Part shown: one piece after another, positions 27,916-40,011 of the stretch
Layout: each line of letters opens with the position of its first letter
How positions within the stretch are numbered: position 1 is the first letter of the stretch
Assembly (NCBI GenBank): GCA_965248535.1
Contig: CBDFJR010000005.1
Span: 2,080,001-2,144,000, forward strand
DNA: 64,000 bases
DNA from: Phormidesmis sp.
GTDB taxonomy: Bacteria > Cyanobacteriota > Cyanobacteriia > Leptolyngbyales > Leptolyngbyaceae
Reading direction: 5' to 3'
Notes under the pieces: model-generated
Database searches by the model: none
What the model was told of the DNA's origin: nothing
Seen by the model: only the letters and a program-made list of their open reading frames with translations
Program-made: the position numbers and the translations under genes

Positions 27916-30900
27916 ATGACGAATTCCCCTGAGCCAGTTAGCCCCCCTCCTAGCCCGCCCAGACGACGATCGCTGCTCTCTCGCATTGCCCTGCCGCTAG
28001 GGGTTGCTTCGGTGGTGGGCATTGGGGCTGGAGTCTGGTTTGCCAATCGTTTCGTCAATCAGCAGTTAGCGCCCCTCGTGCAAACTAACCTGACGCAACT
28101 GCTCGATCGTCCGGTGGAGTTAGGCAAGGTTGAACGCTATTCGCTCAACAGTTTGCGGTTTGGCAAAAGTGGCATTCCGGCGACAGCAACAGACCCCGAT
28201 CGGGCAACCGTCGAGGCGGTTGAGGTGGGCTTTGATCCTCTTCAGCTTTTGCTCAGTCGCACGCTCAAAGCTAGATGTGACGCTGATTAAACCCAGCGCC
28301 TATATCGAGCAAGATAAAAATGGGGTCTGGGTTTCCACGGCGATTAAAGAGCAAGAAGACACCGGATGGCTCAAAACTCAGTTGGATGTGCTGCGGCTGC
28401 GCGATGCCGACGTTGCCTTATCTCCGGCTCCTAAGCAAGGCAACAAACGGACGCTGATCACCCTCAAAGACGTAGCTGGAGAAGTCAGACCCACCGATCT
28501 CAATCGGCGCTTTGCCTATCAAGCTAGCGGAGTTTCGACCAACGAGGGCAGTTTTAATCTCAAAGGTGAAACGCTCCGCACCGAAAAACTGCAATCGAAT
28601 TTGCAGATTCAAGGACAGAATTTTCTCGTCTCGGAGATCGATCGCTTAGTCAAGCTGCCGATCGATCTCGAAAAAGGTCGCGTGAATGGGAACGTCAACG
28701 TTAAACTAAACGGCGATGAGACTCCGCTAGTTACGGGAACGGCAGACTTTAAAGACGTGACGATGAAAGTGGCGCAATTGCCACAGGTCTTCACAGGCGC
28801 TACGGGAAACCTCCAGCTAGACGGCACGAAAATTACCTTAGAAAAAGTGACGGCGGCTCTGGGCAAAATCCCGATCGTGGCCAACGGCACAGTGGATACC
28901 AAAAAGGGCTTTGATGTCGCTGCCCAGGTCAAAGCCGTTAAAGTTGAAGATTTTCTCAAAACTTTTGCGATTCAGCTGCCGTTTCCTGCGTCGGGTGAAG
29001 TGCGGGCAACCACTAAACTGACGGGGACGATCGACAAACCCATTCTGACCGGAACGGCAAAAAATACAAAAGTTGCCCGACTCGATCGCGTCGATCTAAG
29101 CACCGCTAGCGCCGACTTCAAACTCGATGCTAGTGCGCTGAAGCTAGCAGTCACTAACATTCAGGCAACGCCCACAGACGGCGGGCAAGTGGTCGGTGAC
29201 GGACAAATTAATCTCAATGAACCCCAGTCGCTGGACTTTAAGTTTCAAGCGACTAACCTGGCTGGAGATGCGATCGCTCGTCTCTACAACAACGGCACCG
29301 CGCCGCCCGTCACTGTTGGACGGGTCAACGCCCAAGCCCGGATTTCTGGAGCGATCGAGACTATCCAAACTGTCGCCCAGTTTCAAGCCCCCGCAGCCAC
29401 CTATCCCACCACGGGAGAAGTGGCGATCGTGGGCAGCAACGCCGTTTTGAGAAACGTGGTAGCTCAAGTTGCCGGAGGCACCGTAATAGCCAATGCCCGC
29501 AGCGTCGGCGATCGCTGGCAAGGCACCGTGCAGGCAGCCGGAATTCAGGCTAGCCGATTTGCCTCCCAGGTGCAAGGTTTGGTCAGCGGCACCTTTAATC
29601 TATCGGGCACGACAAATTCGTTTCAGCTAGCCGATATTCGGGCGATCGGGCAAGCCCAACTCACCCAAGGCAACGGCATCGTCAACGCTCAAATCGCCTC
29701 AAATGCGGGTCGTTGGCAAGCGCAAGTCAAGGGAGATGGCGTGCAGCTCGATCGCTTTTCCCCCGATCTGCGGGGCTTGTTGAGTGGCAATGTGGCTCTG
29801 GCTGGCTCGGTCAACTCCCTTACGCCGTCTGCGGTGAGAGCCGACGGACAGGTGCGCTTGTCAGAAGGCATCTCGCTGATCACCCAGCCGATCGTGGCTC
29901 AGATTCAGTGGGATGGGCAAAAAATCAATCTTCAGCGCGCCACGGCTCCCGGTTTTAGCGCCAACGGCTCGATTTTGGCTAACCTAGACGGCACGCCTCA
30001 AATCACCGGACTCGATCTCAACATCAAAACTACCGATTATGCCCTCGCTGACTTGCCGATTCCCCGTCCTTCGGTGACTGATTTAACGGGTCGCGTCGAT
30101 TTAGTTGGCAGAGTTACAGGCACCCCAGCGGCTCCGAATGTAGTTGGCGATGTGACGGTGAGAAGGCTGTCTCTAAATGGCATTGGGTTCAAGCCAGTGC
30201 TGAGGGGCAATTTGCGGCTAGTGCCCACTCAGGGGGTTAGTCTCAACGTGGCGGGAGGGGGCGATCGCATCGCCCTAGCCCTCAATCCCAATTACAAGCC
30301 CATCTCTCTAGATGTGAAACGAGGCGACGCAACCGTGATCGGCACCGCACGAGGCAATATTTTTAGCGTGGCTGTAAAGCAGTTGCCGCTAGATGGCTTG
30401 ACTATTCCGGGGGTGGCCTTGGCGCGGTTTGGCAAGCTGGGCGGTCAACTGACGGGCAATTTGAACATCGACACCGATCGCCTCCAGGTGATAGACGGCG
30501 CGTTAGCGGTTGCCAATCCCCACGTTGGCGCGTTTCAGGGAGAACAGGTTCAAACCCGATTTGTGAACAATGGCAATGTGATTCGCTTTGCGGAAACGAC
30601 GTTGCAGAAAGGCACCAGTCGCTATACGCTGGCAGGGAATTTAGATCTGCGATCTAGCCCTCGCTTTGAAGGCAAAGTGGCGATCGCCCAAGGCAACCTT
30701 GAAGACGTTCTCAAAACCCTGCAAGTGTTCCGGCTAGAAGATTTTTCGCGGGTGCTGGAGGCTCCAACTTATGGAAAGGCGAGCGATGTAGACCCGATCG
30801 CCGTCGGGCTGCCCCAAGCGCCGCTTTTAGATCAACTGCGCCGCTTTTCTGAAATCAATGCGCTGCTGCGTCGGGTGGGCAATCAACGCCAAAACCTGAC

Positions 30901-32921
30901 GATTCCAGAATTAGCCGACGTGCGCGGACTCTTTGACGGCACCATCAGCGTTGCGGCCTCGCTGCAAACCGGGATCAAAGCCGACTTTGACTTGCAGGCG
31001 CAAAACGTCGAATGGCGACCTTATCCTGCCTTTGCAGAGGTTTCTCAAAATCAGGTGACGCAAAACCCCAATCGAGTCTTGCGCGCCGAACAGGTGATTG
31101 CCAGAGGCAGCTTTGCCGACGGCGTGGTTAATCTGCTGCCGTTGCGCCTCCAGTCAGGTCAGTCGTTCATCAATTTTTCGGGCAATGTGGGCGGCGCTAA
31201 CCAATCGGGGCAGCTACAAGTCGCTAACGTCCCGATCGAAGACCTGAATAATTTCTATCCACTGCCCTTGGGGGTGAGCGGCAAACTCAACGCTACCGCC
31301 ACGCTGTCAGGCACTCGTGATAACCCGTTTGCGATCGGGGAAGTCACCCTCGCAGACGGCAATCTCAACAACACCCCCATCCAATCGGCGACGGGCAGCT
31401 TTAATTATTCCAACGCTCGGCTCAATTTTGGCAGCGCTATTAGGATTTCCAGTCCTGAGCCGCTCCTCATCGCGGGTGACATTCCCCTCAAGCTGCCCTT
31501 CTCGTCGGTTTTTCCTGACAGCAATCAGATCAACTTGAGCCTGGATGTCAAAAACGAAGGGCTAGCGCTGTTAAATCTGCTAACTCCCCAAATCGCGTGG
31601 CAGGGCGGCACCGGAGAGGTGAAGCTGCAAGTCAACGGCACGTTGTTGCAGCCTAACGTTACGGGGTCAGTCACCGTCGCCAACGCCAAAATAGCTGCTC
31701 AAGCCCTGCCAGAACCTTTGACAGGCGTGAATGGTACGATTCGATTTTTGAGCGATCGCATCCAAGTCGAGTCGCTGCAAGGTCAGTTTAGCAAGGGGCA
31801 AGTCGTGGCCAAAGGCGTGTTGCCGATCTTCTCGACCCTAGAAGCCAACGACCCTGATCTCGCCAAACCGCTAGCTGTGTCGCTCAACCAGATTGCCCTT
31901 AACTTTAAAGGCATCTATCAAGGAGGGGTTAACGGCAATGTCACGATCGCTGGAACCGCCCTCACTCCCCAAGTGGGCGGTGAGATTCGCTTGACCGATG
32001 GACAGGTGCTGCTCTCAGATAGCGTCACAGCTAGCACGACGACCGCAGGAGGCGAACAGAATGGGGGTCAAGCCCCAGCCGCCGCCTTTGAGTTTAGAAA
32101 TTTGAGTTTAGAATTGGGCGATCGAGTCCGGGTGACCCGTGCCCCCTTCATCAATTTTCTCGCCACAGGCAACCTCAGCGTCAACGGCACCCTTGACAAT
32201 CTCGAACCCGAAGGGGTGATTAATCTGACGGCAGGCCAAGTCAACCTATTTACCACTCAGTTTGTGTTAGCACGAGGCTCACGTCAGACCGCCCGGTTTA
32301 CGCGGGGGCAAGGGCTTGATCCGACGCTCAATATTCGCCTCATCGCGTCGGTGTCTGAAGTCACCCGCAACCGCACGTCGAGCGCAGATGCGTCGGGCGA
32401 GGTGCGCGACGATTCGCTGCTTGGCAACGAGTTTGGGGGCGCTGCAAACAGTTCGCATTCAAGCGAGAGTGACGGGCCCTGCCAGCCAACTGTTTGACAA
32501 CTTAGAACTGACAAGCAGCCCTAGTCGCGGCAAAAATGAGATTATTGCGCTGATTGGCGGCGGCTTTGTCAACACCCTGGGTCGCGGCGACAGCACCTTA
32601 GGCATCGCTAACCTTGCTGGCTCTGCTCTTTTGACCAATGTGCAAGGATTTATTGGCAATGCTCTAGGGTTTGGTGAGTTTCGTCTCTTTCCAACCCTGC
32701 TAAACAATGAGCGGAGGAGCAGTTCGACCTTGGGGCTGGCCGCCGAGTTGGGGGTTGATATCACGGGCAGTCTGTCTGCCTCGGTGCTGAGAGTGTTGAC
32801 CTCTGATCAACCGACGCAAATCGGGGTCAGATATCGGATTAATAATCGGCTGCTGTTGCGCGGCTCGACCGATTTTTCTGGCGACAACCGCGCTGTGGTG
32901 GAGTATGAGACGAGATTTTAA
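27916..32921 (+). CDS. tamB: Translocation/assembly module TamB (AsmA-like, DUF490), with two 1-bp frameshifts (about 28268 and 32420-32440)
   Basis: N-terminal TM, long beta-taco repeats, C-terminal LELTSSPSR..EIIALIGG..VEYETRF, spread over three overlapping ORFs. Confidence 0.85.
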
Positions 32922-32942
32922 GAACGGGTGATTAGGAGACGA

Positions 32943-33261
32943 TTAAACGATCGCTTGCAGTTGTTGAACGAGTTGCTGCGATTTCACCACGCCCTCAATT
33001 TTTTTCACAGGTTGGCCCTTGCTTAAAAACCACGATCGTGGGTAAGGCGTGAACCTGATATTGAGTCGCCAAATCAGGATAGTTATCGACGTTGATCTTA
33101 ACGATTTTGATTTGTTGCTTCATCGTGGTGTTGACTTCTTCTAAGATGGTTGCCATCAGTTGGCAAGGGCCACACCAAGGAGCGTAGAAATCAACGACTA
33201 GCGGCACTTCAGACGTGGAGAGCAAGTCTTGAAAACTGCCAAATTCTTGTTTAGCTGCCAT
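32943..33261 (-). CDS. trx: Thioredoxin (y-type/TrxQ-like), 1-bp frameshift at about 33017
   Basis: VDFYAPWCGPC; removing one G restores KQGQPVKKIEGVVKSQQLVQQLQAIV-stop. Confidence 0.85.
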
Positions 33262-33470
33262 TTTGACACCTGCATGACTGGGATTCTCTTAAGCCTAGCG
33301 CTTCGGTAAAATTTCGGAACCAACTGTTAGAAAGTTTTGGGTTTTGGCAGCCATTGTGTGCCTATTGTCTGGGAAAGAATCGGCGATCGCGGCATCAGAT
33401 CATCCCTAGCAGAGGGCACAACCCGATCGCCGCACCCTCACCCAATCTTAAAAGCGCCTATCGCGGTTGG

Positions 33471-34373
33471 CTAACTGCCCGCATCGGTCTTCAGTTCACC
33501 GATTAGCTGGGTTAACTGATCGCTATCCGCCTTATAGACTTCACCGCAGAAATGACAGACCGCTTCAGCCCCTTCGTCTTTTTCGATCATGTCTTGCAGT
33601 TCGGCTTCACCCAAGAGTTTTAAGGCTCCTAACACGCGATCGAAGGAGCAGCCACAGTGAAACCGCACCATCTGCGTTTCGGGCAAAATCTCTAAGCCCA
33701 AGTCTCCCAACAGATCTTCCAACATCATCGGCAGGGTCTTGCCCGCTTGCAGCAGGGGCGTAAACCCTTGCAGAGACTCAATTCTAGATTCGAGCAAAGC
33801 CACTAGCTCATCGTCGATCGCCGCTTTGGGCATCACCTGAATTAAGATGCCCCCGGCAGCGGTCACGCCATTTGCTCCCACAAATACCCCTAGCACCAAT
33901 GCAGAAGGCGTTTGCTCAGAGCTAACTAAATAGTTCGTCAGGTCGTCGCCAATCTCACCCGATACTAACTCAACCGTGCTGGAGTAGGGATAGCCATAGC
34001 CCACATCTCGCACGACATAGACATAGCCACCTTGCCCGATCGCGCCTCCGACATCGAGTTTGCCTTTGGCATTGGGCGGCAACTCCACCTCTGGGTGATC
34101 GACATAGCCGCGCACGGTGCCGTCTAGCCCTGCGTCTGCCAAAACGCCCCCTAACGGCCCGTCCCCCCGCACCCGGATGTTGATCCGCGATTCTGCCCGC
34201 TTCATGCTCGACGCTAGCAGCAGTCCCCCCGCCATCGTGCGACCAAGCGCCGCCGTTGCGACATAAGAGAGCTTGTGGCGCTGCCGCGCTTCTTCGGTGA
34301 GCCGAGTTGTGATCACGCCCACAGCCCGGATGCCTCCGTCAGCCGCAGTTGCCCTTATTAACTGATCAGCCAT
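33471..34373 (-). CDS. hslO: Hsp33 redox chaperone
   Basis: AALGRTM, SEQTPSAL, CGCS and CHFC Zn motifs. Confidence 0.95.
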   Translation of the reverse strand: MADQLIRATAADGGIRAVGVITTRLTEEARQRHKLSYVATAALGRTMAGGLLLASSMKRAESRINIRVRGDGPLGGVLADAGLDGTVRGYVDHPEVELPPNAKGKLDVGGAIGQGGYVYVVRDVGYGYPYSSTVELVSGEIGDDLTNYLVSSEQTPSALVLGVFVGANGVTAAGGILIQVMPKAAIDDELVALLESRIESLQGFTPLLQAGKTLPMMLEDLLGDLGLEILPETQMVRFHCGCSFDRVLGALKLLGEAELQDMIEKDEGAEAVCHFCGEVYKADSDQLTQLIGELKTDAGS

Positions 34374-34520
34374 GAAAAACCCTTACATTTCTTAACGAGT
34401 GGTATCTCTATTCTAGAAGGTTCGCTCCTTCCTCCGCCGGGCGAGAAGGACGATCGTCACTAACCTGCACTGAGGCGTTGACAAAGCGCTATCATAACGT
34501 TTGTCACAACAGGTTTCAGT

Positions 34521-35927
34521 ATGGGAAGGCAGCGTTCATTACTACTGTTCATCCTGGCGTTGGTTGCTGTGGCGATCTTTGTGATCGTCAAAGTTCCCAT
34601 GCGGCTAGGATTGGACTTGCAAGGGGGTTCACAGTTAACCATTCAGGTGAAACCCACCGCAGAGATTAAAAAAATTACCTCACGAGAACTTGAAGCCGTT
34701 CAGCGCGTGATTGAAGGACGAATTAATGGCTTAGGCGTGTCTGAGCCTGTTGTGCAAACCGTTGGGGATGACCAGATCTTGGTGCAGTTGCCCGGAGTGA
34801 GCGATCCGCAGCAAGCCGAGCGAGTGCTGGGAGGCACAGCCCAACTTGAGTTTAAAGCCCAAAAGCCAGGCACCGAGGCAGGACTCACGATCGAGCAGCA
34901 ATATCGTCAAGAATTGGTGGCTAAACAGCCCGACTTGAGAAAAGCGGGAGTGCAGACGGCGATCGACGATAACCAAGCCAAACTCAAAGCCACCGATCAA
35001 AAGATTAGCGCGCTTTTTGAGTCGTCTGGCATCACCGGGAAAAACCTCAAAGACGCATTCCCAGAAACCTCAGCCAACTCTAATGGCTGGAGTGTCGCGA
35101 TCCGCTTTGATCAAGAGGGCGGCGAGAAATTTGCGACGCTGACCAAAAACCTAGCAGGCACCGGACGCAGCCTAGGCATCTTTCTCGACAACGGGCTGAT
35201 CAGCGCGCCAAGTGTAGGCGTAGAGTTTGCTCAAACGGGCATCACAGGCGGCGGCGCAACCATCACCGGGCGATTCACCGCCGAACAAGCCACTGACCTG
35301 GCGGTGCAGCTTCGAGGCGGTGCATTACCTGTCCCGGTCGAGATCATTGAGAACCGCACCGTGGGAGCGACGTTGGGGCGCGACAGCATTCAGCGCAGCA
35401 TTTACGCAGGCATTGGGGGTCTGATGTTAGTGCTGGTGTTTATGGTGCTTTATTATCGGTTGCCGGGGGCGATCGCCTCGATCGCCCTGATCATCTATTC
35501 ACTGCTCACCTTTGCAGCCTTTGATTTGCTGGGGGTGACGCTGACCTTGCCGGGCATCGCCGGATTTATTCTCAGCATTGGCATGGCAGTTGATGCTAAC
35601 GTGCTGATTTTTGAACGCACTCGTGAAGAACTGCGGGCTGGGAAGACGCTGTATCGATCGGTCGAGGCTGGCTTTTTTCGCGCCTTTTCTAGCATTCTCG
35701 ATAGCAACGTCACGACCTTAATCGCCTGTGGAGCACTGTTTTGGCTAGGTGCCGGGTTGGTGAGAGGATTTGCCTTAACGCTGGCGTTAGGAGTGGTAGT
35801 GAGTATGTTTACCGCTCTTACCTGTAGTCGTACCCTGCTGTTAGCCGTTTTGGGCATTCAAGGGCTTCGCAAGCCAGAACTGTTTTGCCCCAACTTACCC
35901 GCAAAAACTTCAGAGGTCGCGTCATGA
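34521..35927 (+). CDS. secD: Protein translocase subunit SecD
   Basis: [31 protein letters not shown]. Confidence 0.96.
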   Translation: MGRQRSLLLFILALVAVAIFVIVKVPMRLGLDLQGGSQLTIQVKPTAEIKKITSRELEAVQRVIEGRINGLGVSEPVVQTVGDDQILVQLPGVSDPQQAERVLGGTAQLEFKAQKPGTEAGLTIEQQYRQELVAKQPDLRKAGVQTAIDDNQAKLKATDQKISALFESSGITGKNLKDAFPETSANSNGWSVAIRFDQEGGEKFATLTKNLAGTGRSLGIFLDNGLISAPSVGVEFAQTGITGGGATITGRFTAEQATDLAVQLRGGALPVPVEIIENRTVGATLGRDSIQRSIYAGIGGLMLVLVFMVLYYRLPGAIASIALIIYSLLTFAAFDLLGVTLTLPGIAGFILSIGMAVDANVLIFERTREELRAGKTLYRSVEAGFFRAFSSILDSNVTTLIACGALFWLGAGLVRGFALTLALGVVVSMFTALTCSRTLLLAVLGIQGLRKPELFCPNLPAKTSEVAS

Positions 35928-36877
35928 AACTGCAAGTGATTCGCCAACGGGCGATTTGGTGGACGATTTCTTCGGCAATTATTATTGCGGGCATCATTGC
36001 GATGGTGATTTCGTGGAAGCAAATTGGTGCGCCGCTGCGTCCGAGTTTAGATTTTGTGGGCGGCACTCGTCTGCAAATTGAGCTTGATTGCACCCAGCCC
36101 AATAACTGCGATAAGCCGATCAACTTAGATGCCGTGCGATCGGTGCTAGATGCTCAGGGTTTAGGCAGCAGCAGCGTCCAGATCGTCGGATCAGAGCAGC
36201 GGGCTGTCTCCATTCGCACGGCGACGTTAGACGTAGATCAGCGATCGAAGCTGCAAGCCGATTTAACTGCAAAAGTTGGCAAGTTCAACCCCAAAACGAC
36301 CCAAATCGATACGGTCGGCCCGACACTGGGGAAACAGCTTTTCTCATCGGGTCTGCTGGCGCTGATTGTCTCCTTTGCAGGCATTGCACTTTATCTCAGT
36401 TTCCGGTTTCAGCTTGACTATGCCGTGTTTGCGATCGTCGCTCTGTTTCACGACATTTTGATCACGGTCGGCATCTTCTCTATTTTTGGCTTGGTGCTCA
36501 ATATGGAAGTCGATAGTTTGTTTATCGTGGCGCTGTTGACGATCGTCGGCTTCTCAGTCAACGACACTGTGGTGATCTACGATCGGGTGCGTGAAACGAT
36601 CGCCCTAAACCCCGGTCGCCACATTGATGATGTGGTAGACGATGCGGTCAATCAGACGTTGACCCGATCGATCAACACCACGCTGACGGTGTTGCTCACC
36701 CTCGTTGCCCTTTTCTTTTTTGGCGGAGAAACGCTGAAAAACTTTGCGCTAGCCCTGATTATTGGCTTCACAATGGGGGCTTATTCCAGCATTTTTATTG
36801 CCAGCACGCTGCTAGCGCTGTGGCGAGAACGCACCGGAAAGGCCGTATCAGGATCGACAGAGCAAGCGAGTAGCTAA
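35924..36877 (+). CDS. secF: Protein translocase subunit SecF
   Basis: [33 protein letters not shown] overlap with secD. Confidence 0.96.
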   Translation: MKLQVIRQRAIWWTISSAIIIAGIIAMVISWKQIGAPLRPSLDFVGGTRLQIELDCTQPNNCDKPINLDAVRSVLDAQGLGSSSVQIVGSEQRAVSIRTATLDVDQRSKLQADLTAKVGKFNPKTTQIDTVGPTLGKQLFSSGLLALIVSFAGIALYLSFRFQLDYAVFAIVALFHDILITVGIFSIFGLVLNMEVDSLFIVALLTIVGFSVNDTVVIYDRVRETIALNPGRHIDDVVDDAVNQTLTRSINTTLTVLLTLVALFFFGGETLKNFALALIIGFTMGAYSSIFIASTLLALWRERTGKAVSGSTEQASS

Positions 36878-36881
36878 ATCC

Positions 36882-37304
36882 ATGAGCGATCGAGCGCCTT
36901 CAGATGAGCCAGATTCGACGATCGTGCCCTCTGAAAAAGACCCTACTTTTCAGGCGGCGGTGCAGCGACTCCATCAGTTGACCGTCTATGGTCGGTGGCT
37001 GACGGTGTTGGGGCTGTGGCTGACGGTGGGCAGCGTTAGCCTCTGGAGTTTGCGCTATCCGATTTCACTGCTTAGAGACTATTTCACTTGGGCGGCAGTG
37101 CGCTGGGCGATGGTGTTTCAGCCTTTGCCCGCTTTGGGCTTGGGGCTGTGTGCTGCGATGACGATCGCCGTTTTGGTCTGGCAGATTCGCAATGGGTTAG
37201 TTGGCTTGCCCAGAGCAGAACGCCAGCGCTTAGAGAGGCAGACGCTCAAGATTTGTGAGCAAGGATCAAGCCACCCACTGTGGAAATGGGTTCATCCAAA
37301 ATAA
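36882..37304 (+). CDS. Hypothetical membrane protein
   Basis: Two hydrophobic segments; 4 bp after secF. Confidence 0.65.
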   Translation: MSDRAPSDEPDSTIVPSEKDPTFQAAVQRLHQLTVYGRWLTVLGLWLTVGSVSLWSLRYPISLLRDYFTWAAVRWAMVFQPLPALGLGLCAAMTIAVLVWQIRNGLVGLPRAERQRLERQTLKICEQGSSHPLWKWVHPK

Positions 37305-37442
37305 TTCGCCGCTGCAAAATCGAGGACTAAGGAACGTGGATTGATTAAAGGGGGGCGGTCTGTCGCTCTCTCAAGATACAAGGGGGCTACCAAACTTACA
37401 GTGATTAAATCATTGATATCTGCACTCATCGTTGCAATCAAT

Positions 37443-38978
37443 TTAATGACTAGCGTTGCGTGCACCTGAACGTTCTGCCCATTGTTGCAGGTGTTCTATT
37501 TGTGGCTGAGAGATCGATGCGAGAGGAACGGTTTCTTGAATCGATTCTAAAATGTCATCGGTAGTGAAATCTTGACGTTTCCCATTCTGACCTTTTCCAA
37601 AGGCCCGGTGCATTCCGTCGATGATCACTTGCTCGATTTCTGCGCCGCTAAAGTTTCGGGCTGTCCAGGCTAATTTTTCGCAGTCAAACTCTCTTAAACG
37701 ATTGGGGCGCAGTCGTTGGAGATAGATTTTGAAGATCTCTTGGCGCTCTCGATCGCTGGGCAAATTCAAAAAGAAAATCTCATCAAACCGTCCTTTTCGC
37801 AATAGCTCGGCGGGGAGCATCTGCACATTATTGGCAGTAGCCACAATAAACACAGGACTGGTTTTCTCCTGCATCCAGGTGATCAATGTACCAAACACGC
37901 GCCGACTCGTGCCCGAATCGCCATCATGGCCGCTGTTGAGGTTGCCAAAGGCTTTGTCGAGTTCGTCGATCCACAGCACGCAGGGCGCGATCGCCTCCGC
38001 AATTTGAATCATCTGCCGCATTCGGCTTTCACTTTCGCCGACAATGCCGCCAAACAGCCGACCCGGATCGAGCCTGAGCAGCGGTAGCCGCCACTCGTGG
38101 GCGATCGTTTTCGCTGAGAGTGATTTCCCCGTGCCTTGGATGCCCACCAACAGCAACCCTTTGGGATTGGGAATGCCATATCGCCGCGCCTCCTCGGTGA
38201 AGGCATCTTGCCGCATTCGCACCCATTGCTTGAGATGCTCTAACCCGCCCACACTTTTCAGCGATCGCTCTGCCGTGAAAAATTCTAAAATTCCAGTTTG
38301 CCGAATCGCTTGTTTTTTTGCCTCTAACACGTCGCTGATGTCGGTTTCGTTGACCTGCTGTTTGGTGGCGAGGGCTTTGGCTAACACTCGCTCAATGCGC
38401 GATCGGCTCAACCCTTGGCAGGCTTTGACAAGTTGTTCACGAGCCAGTCCGCTGATCTGTAGCTTGTCTGGCAACACGAGTTGAGAAATCAGGGACTCAA
38501 TCTCGATCGCGTTTGGCAGAGGAATATCCACCACCGTCACGATTTCGGTCAATTCAACAGGTAGTTCTAGCGTGTGGCTGAGTAGCACGATCGTGGTGCG
38601 ACTGCGCTTAAGTTCCTGCGCCAGATTTTTTAACTCGCGCACGATCGGCACATTATCTTTGCTATAAGGCTGCTTTAAAAATGGATGCAGATCCCGCAGC
38701 ACAAAGATTACCGCCTCTTGGGTTGCCGCTTTGCCAATGCGCGACAACGCCCCCATCACGCTGCCCTTATCGCTGCCGTTGTCAGTCCAGCCCCGCACAA
38801 TATCCCAAAGCAAAATGGCCCGTTCGGGCTGGTTTTTTGCCGCCACTTGCCGCAAAATTTCTTCGACGGGCGCTTCTTCAACAGCCACCAAATAGAGAAT
38901 CGAATAGTGGGCGCGAATCATTAAATCGAGCTGCTCAATCAGCCCTTGATGAGGCGATGGGTGAGAAGAGTGCATCAT
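37443..38978 (-). CDS. ycf46: Ycf46-like AAA+ ATPase
   Basis: VGGLEHLK, GIQGTGKS Walker A, LWIDELDK Walker B, LLRKGRFDE. Confidence 0.88.
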   Translation of the reverse strand: MMHSSHPSPHQGLIEQLDLMIRAHYSILYLVAVEEAPVEEILRQVAAKNQPERAILLWDIVRGWTDNGSDKGSVMGALSRIGKAATQEAVIFVLRDLHPFLKQPYSKDNVPIVRELKNLAQELKRSRTTIVLLSHTLELPVELTEIVTVVDIPLPNAIEIESLISQLVLPDKLQISGLAREQLVKACQGLSRSRIERVLAKALATKQQVNETDISDVLEAKKQAIRQTGILEFFTAERSLKSVGGLEHLKQWVRMRQDAFTEEARRYGIPNPKGLLLVGIQGTGKSLSAKTIAHEWRLPLLRLDPGRLFGGIVGESESRMRQMIQIAEAIAPCVLWIDELDKAFGNLNSGHDGDSGTSRRVFGTLITWMQEKTSPVFIVATANNVQMLPAELLRKGRFDEIFFLNLPSDRERQEIFKIYLQRLRPNRLREFDCEKLAWTARNFSGAEIEQVIIDGMHRAFGKGQNGKRQDFTTDDILESIQETVPLASISQPQIEHLQQWAERSGARNASH

Positions 38979-39044
38979 CGGCAGCCCCGCAAAGTCTTTT
39001 TTCTAGGATGACGCTTTGAGCGACTGTCTGGCTACAAAACCCAA

Positions 39045-39074
39045 ATTAACCTGACCTTTAATCGGATTTAACCT
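39045..39074 (+). promoter_or_regulatory. Putative cyanobacterial Pho box (three 8-mers at an 11-bp period)
   Basis: ATTAACCT-gac-CTTTAATC-gga-TTTAACCT versus consensus PyTTAAPyPy(T/A); lies upstream of a SphR-like gene. Confidence 0.6.
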
Positions 39075-39153
39075 CTAACGTCATGGGTTTGTTTATTGTG
39101 TTAATGCTGATAGTTGCAGTCTGATGCAATGAAGTTAGGGTTTTCGCTAGTTT

Positions 39154-39903
39154 ATGTTTTCGTCTGAAATCCCTGATCTCCAGCAGTCTTCTCAACAGCT
39201 TTGCATTCTACTGGTCGAAGATGAATCCATTATTCGCGAAACGGTTGCCCTAGCTCTGATTGAAGAAGGGTATGCGGTGATTGTGGCCGAAGACGGGCGG
39301 CAAGCCCTCACTCTGATTCGGAGTGGAACAACGAGAGAAGACGGCACCTTCTCGATCGACCTGATCATTCTAGATTTGATGCTGCCTTATGTGAATGGGT
39401 TAGATATTTGTCGATCGCTACGCCAACAAAACAATCTCACCCCCATTCTCATGGTGAGTGCGCGCAGCAGCGAAATGGATATTGTCGTTGGGCTAGAAGT
39501 GGGGGCAGATGACTATCTAATCAAGCCGTTTGGCCTACGAGAATTGATTGCTCGATGCCGAGTTTTGCTGCGCCGCAGTCGCCTGTCTGCCCAGACGCTT
39601 GATCAGTCTGTGCTTGAATTTCAAAATGTGGTGCTCTATCTCCAAGAATATCGAGTCACCGTCAGCGGCAAAGCGGTGGGTTTGTCTCCTAAAGAGTTTA
39701 TGCTACTGGAGTTATTTATGCGGCATCCGCGGCGAGTGTTTTCTCGTGATCAACTGCTAGAGAGCGTTTGGGGCATTGAGTCGATGAGTGATCCTAAAAC
39801 AGTTGATGTGCATATTCGCTGGCTGCGAGAGAAGTTAGAAACCGATCCTAGCGCTCCCCAATACATCATCACGGTGCGCGGTTTTGGCTATCGATTTGGG
39901 TGA
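39154..39903 (+). CDS. OmpR/PhoB-family response regulator, SphR-like
   Basis: VEDE, LDLMLP, GADDYLIKPF, KTVDVHIRWLREKLE..VRGFGYRFG. Confidence 0.88.
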   Translation: MFSSEIPDLQQSSQQLCILLVEDESIIRETVALALIEEGYAVIVAEDGRQALTLIRSGTTREDGTFSIDLIILDLMLPYVNGLDICRSLRQQNNLTPILMVSARSSEMDIVVGLEVGADDYLIKPFGLRELIARCRVLLRRSRLSAQTLDQSVLEFQNVVLYLQEYRVTVSGKAVGLSPKEFMLLELFMRHPRRVFSRDQLLESVWGIESMSDPKTVDVHIRWLREKLETDPSAPQYIITVRGFGYRFG

Positions 39904-40011
39904 ACGCCCGTTAGTTCAGCGAGTGTTTTTGCTTGGTTGGTAGCGGCTTCTGTCCCCCAAATTCCCTAATTTTGGAGATCTAGGGGACGTTCTCGACTGG
40001 GTGCAGGAAGT

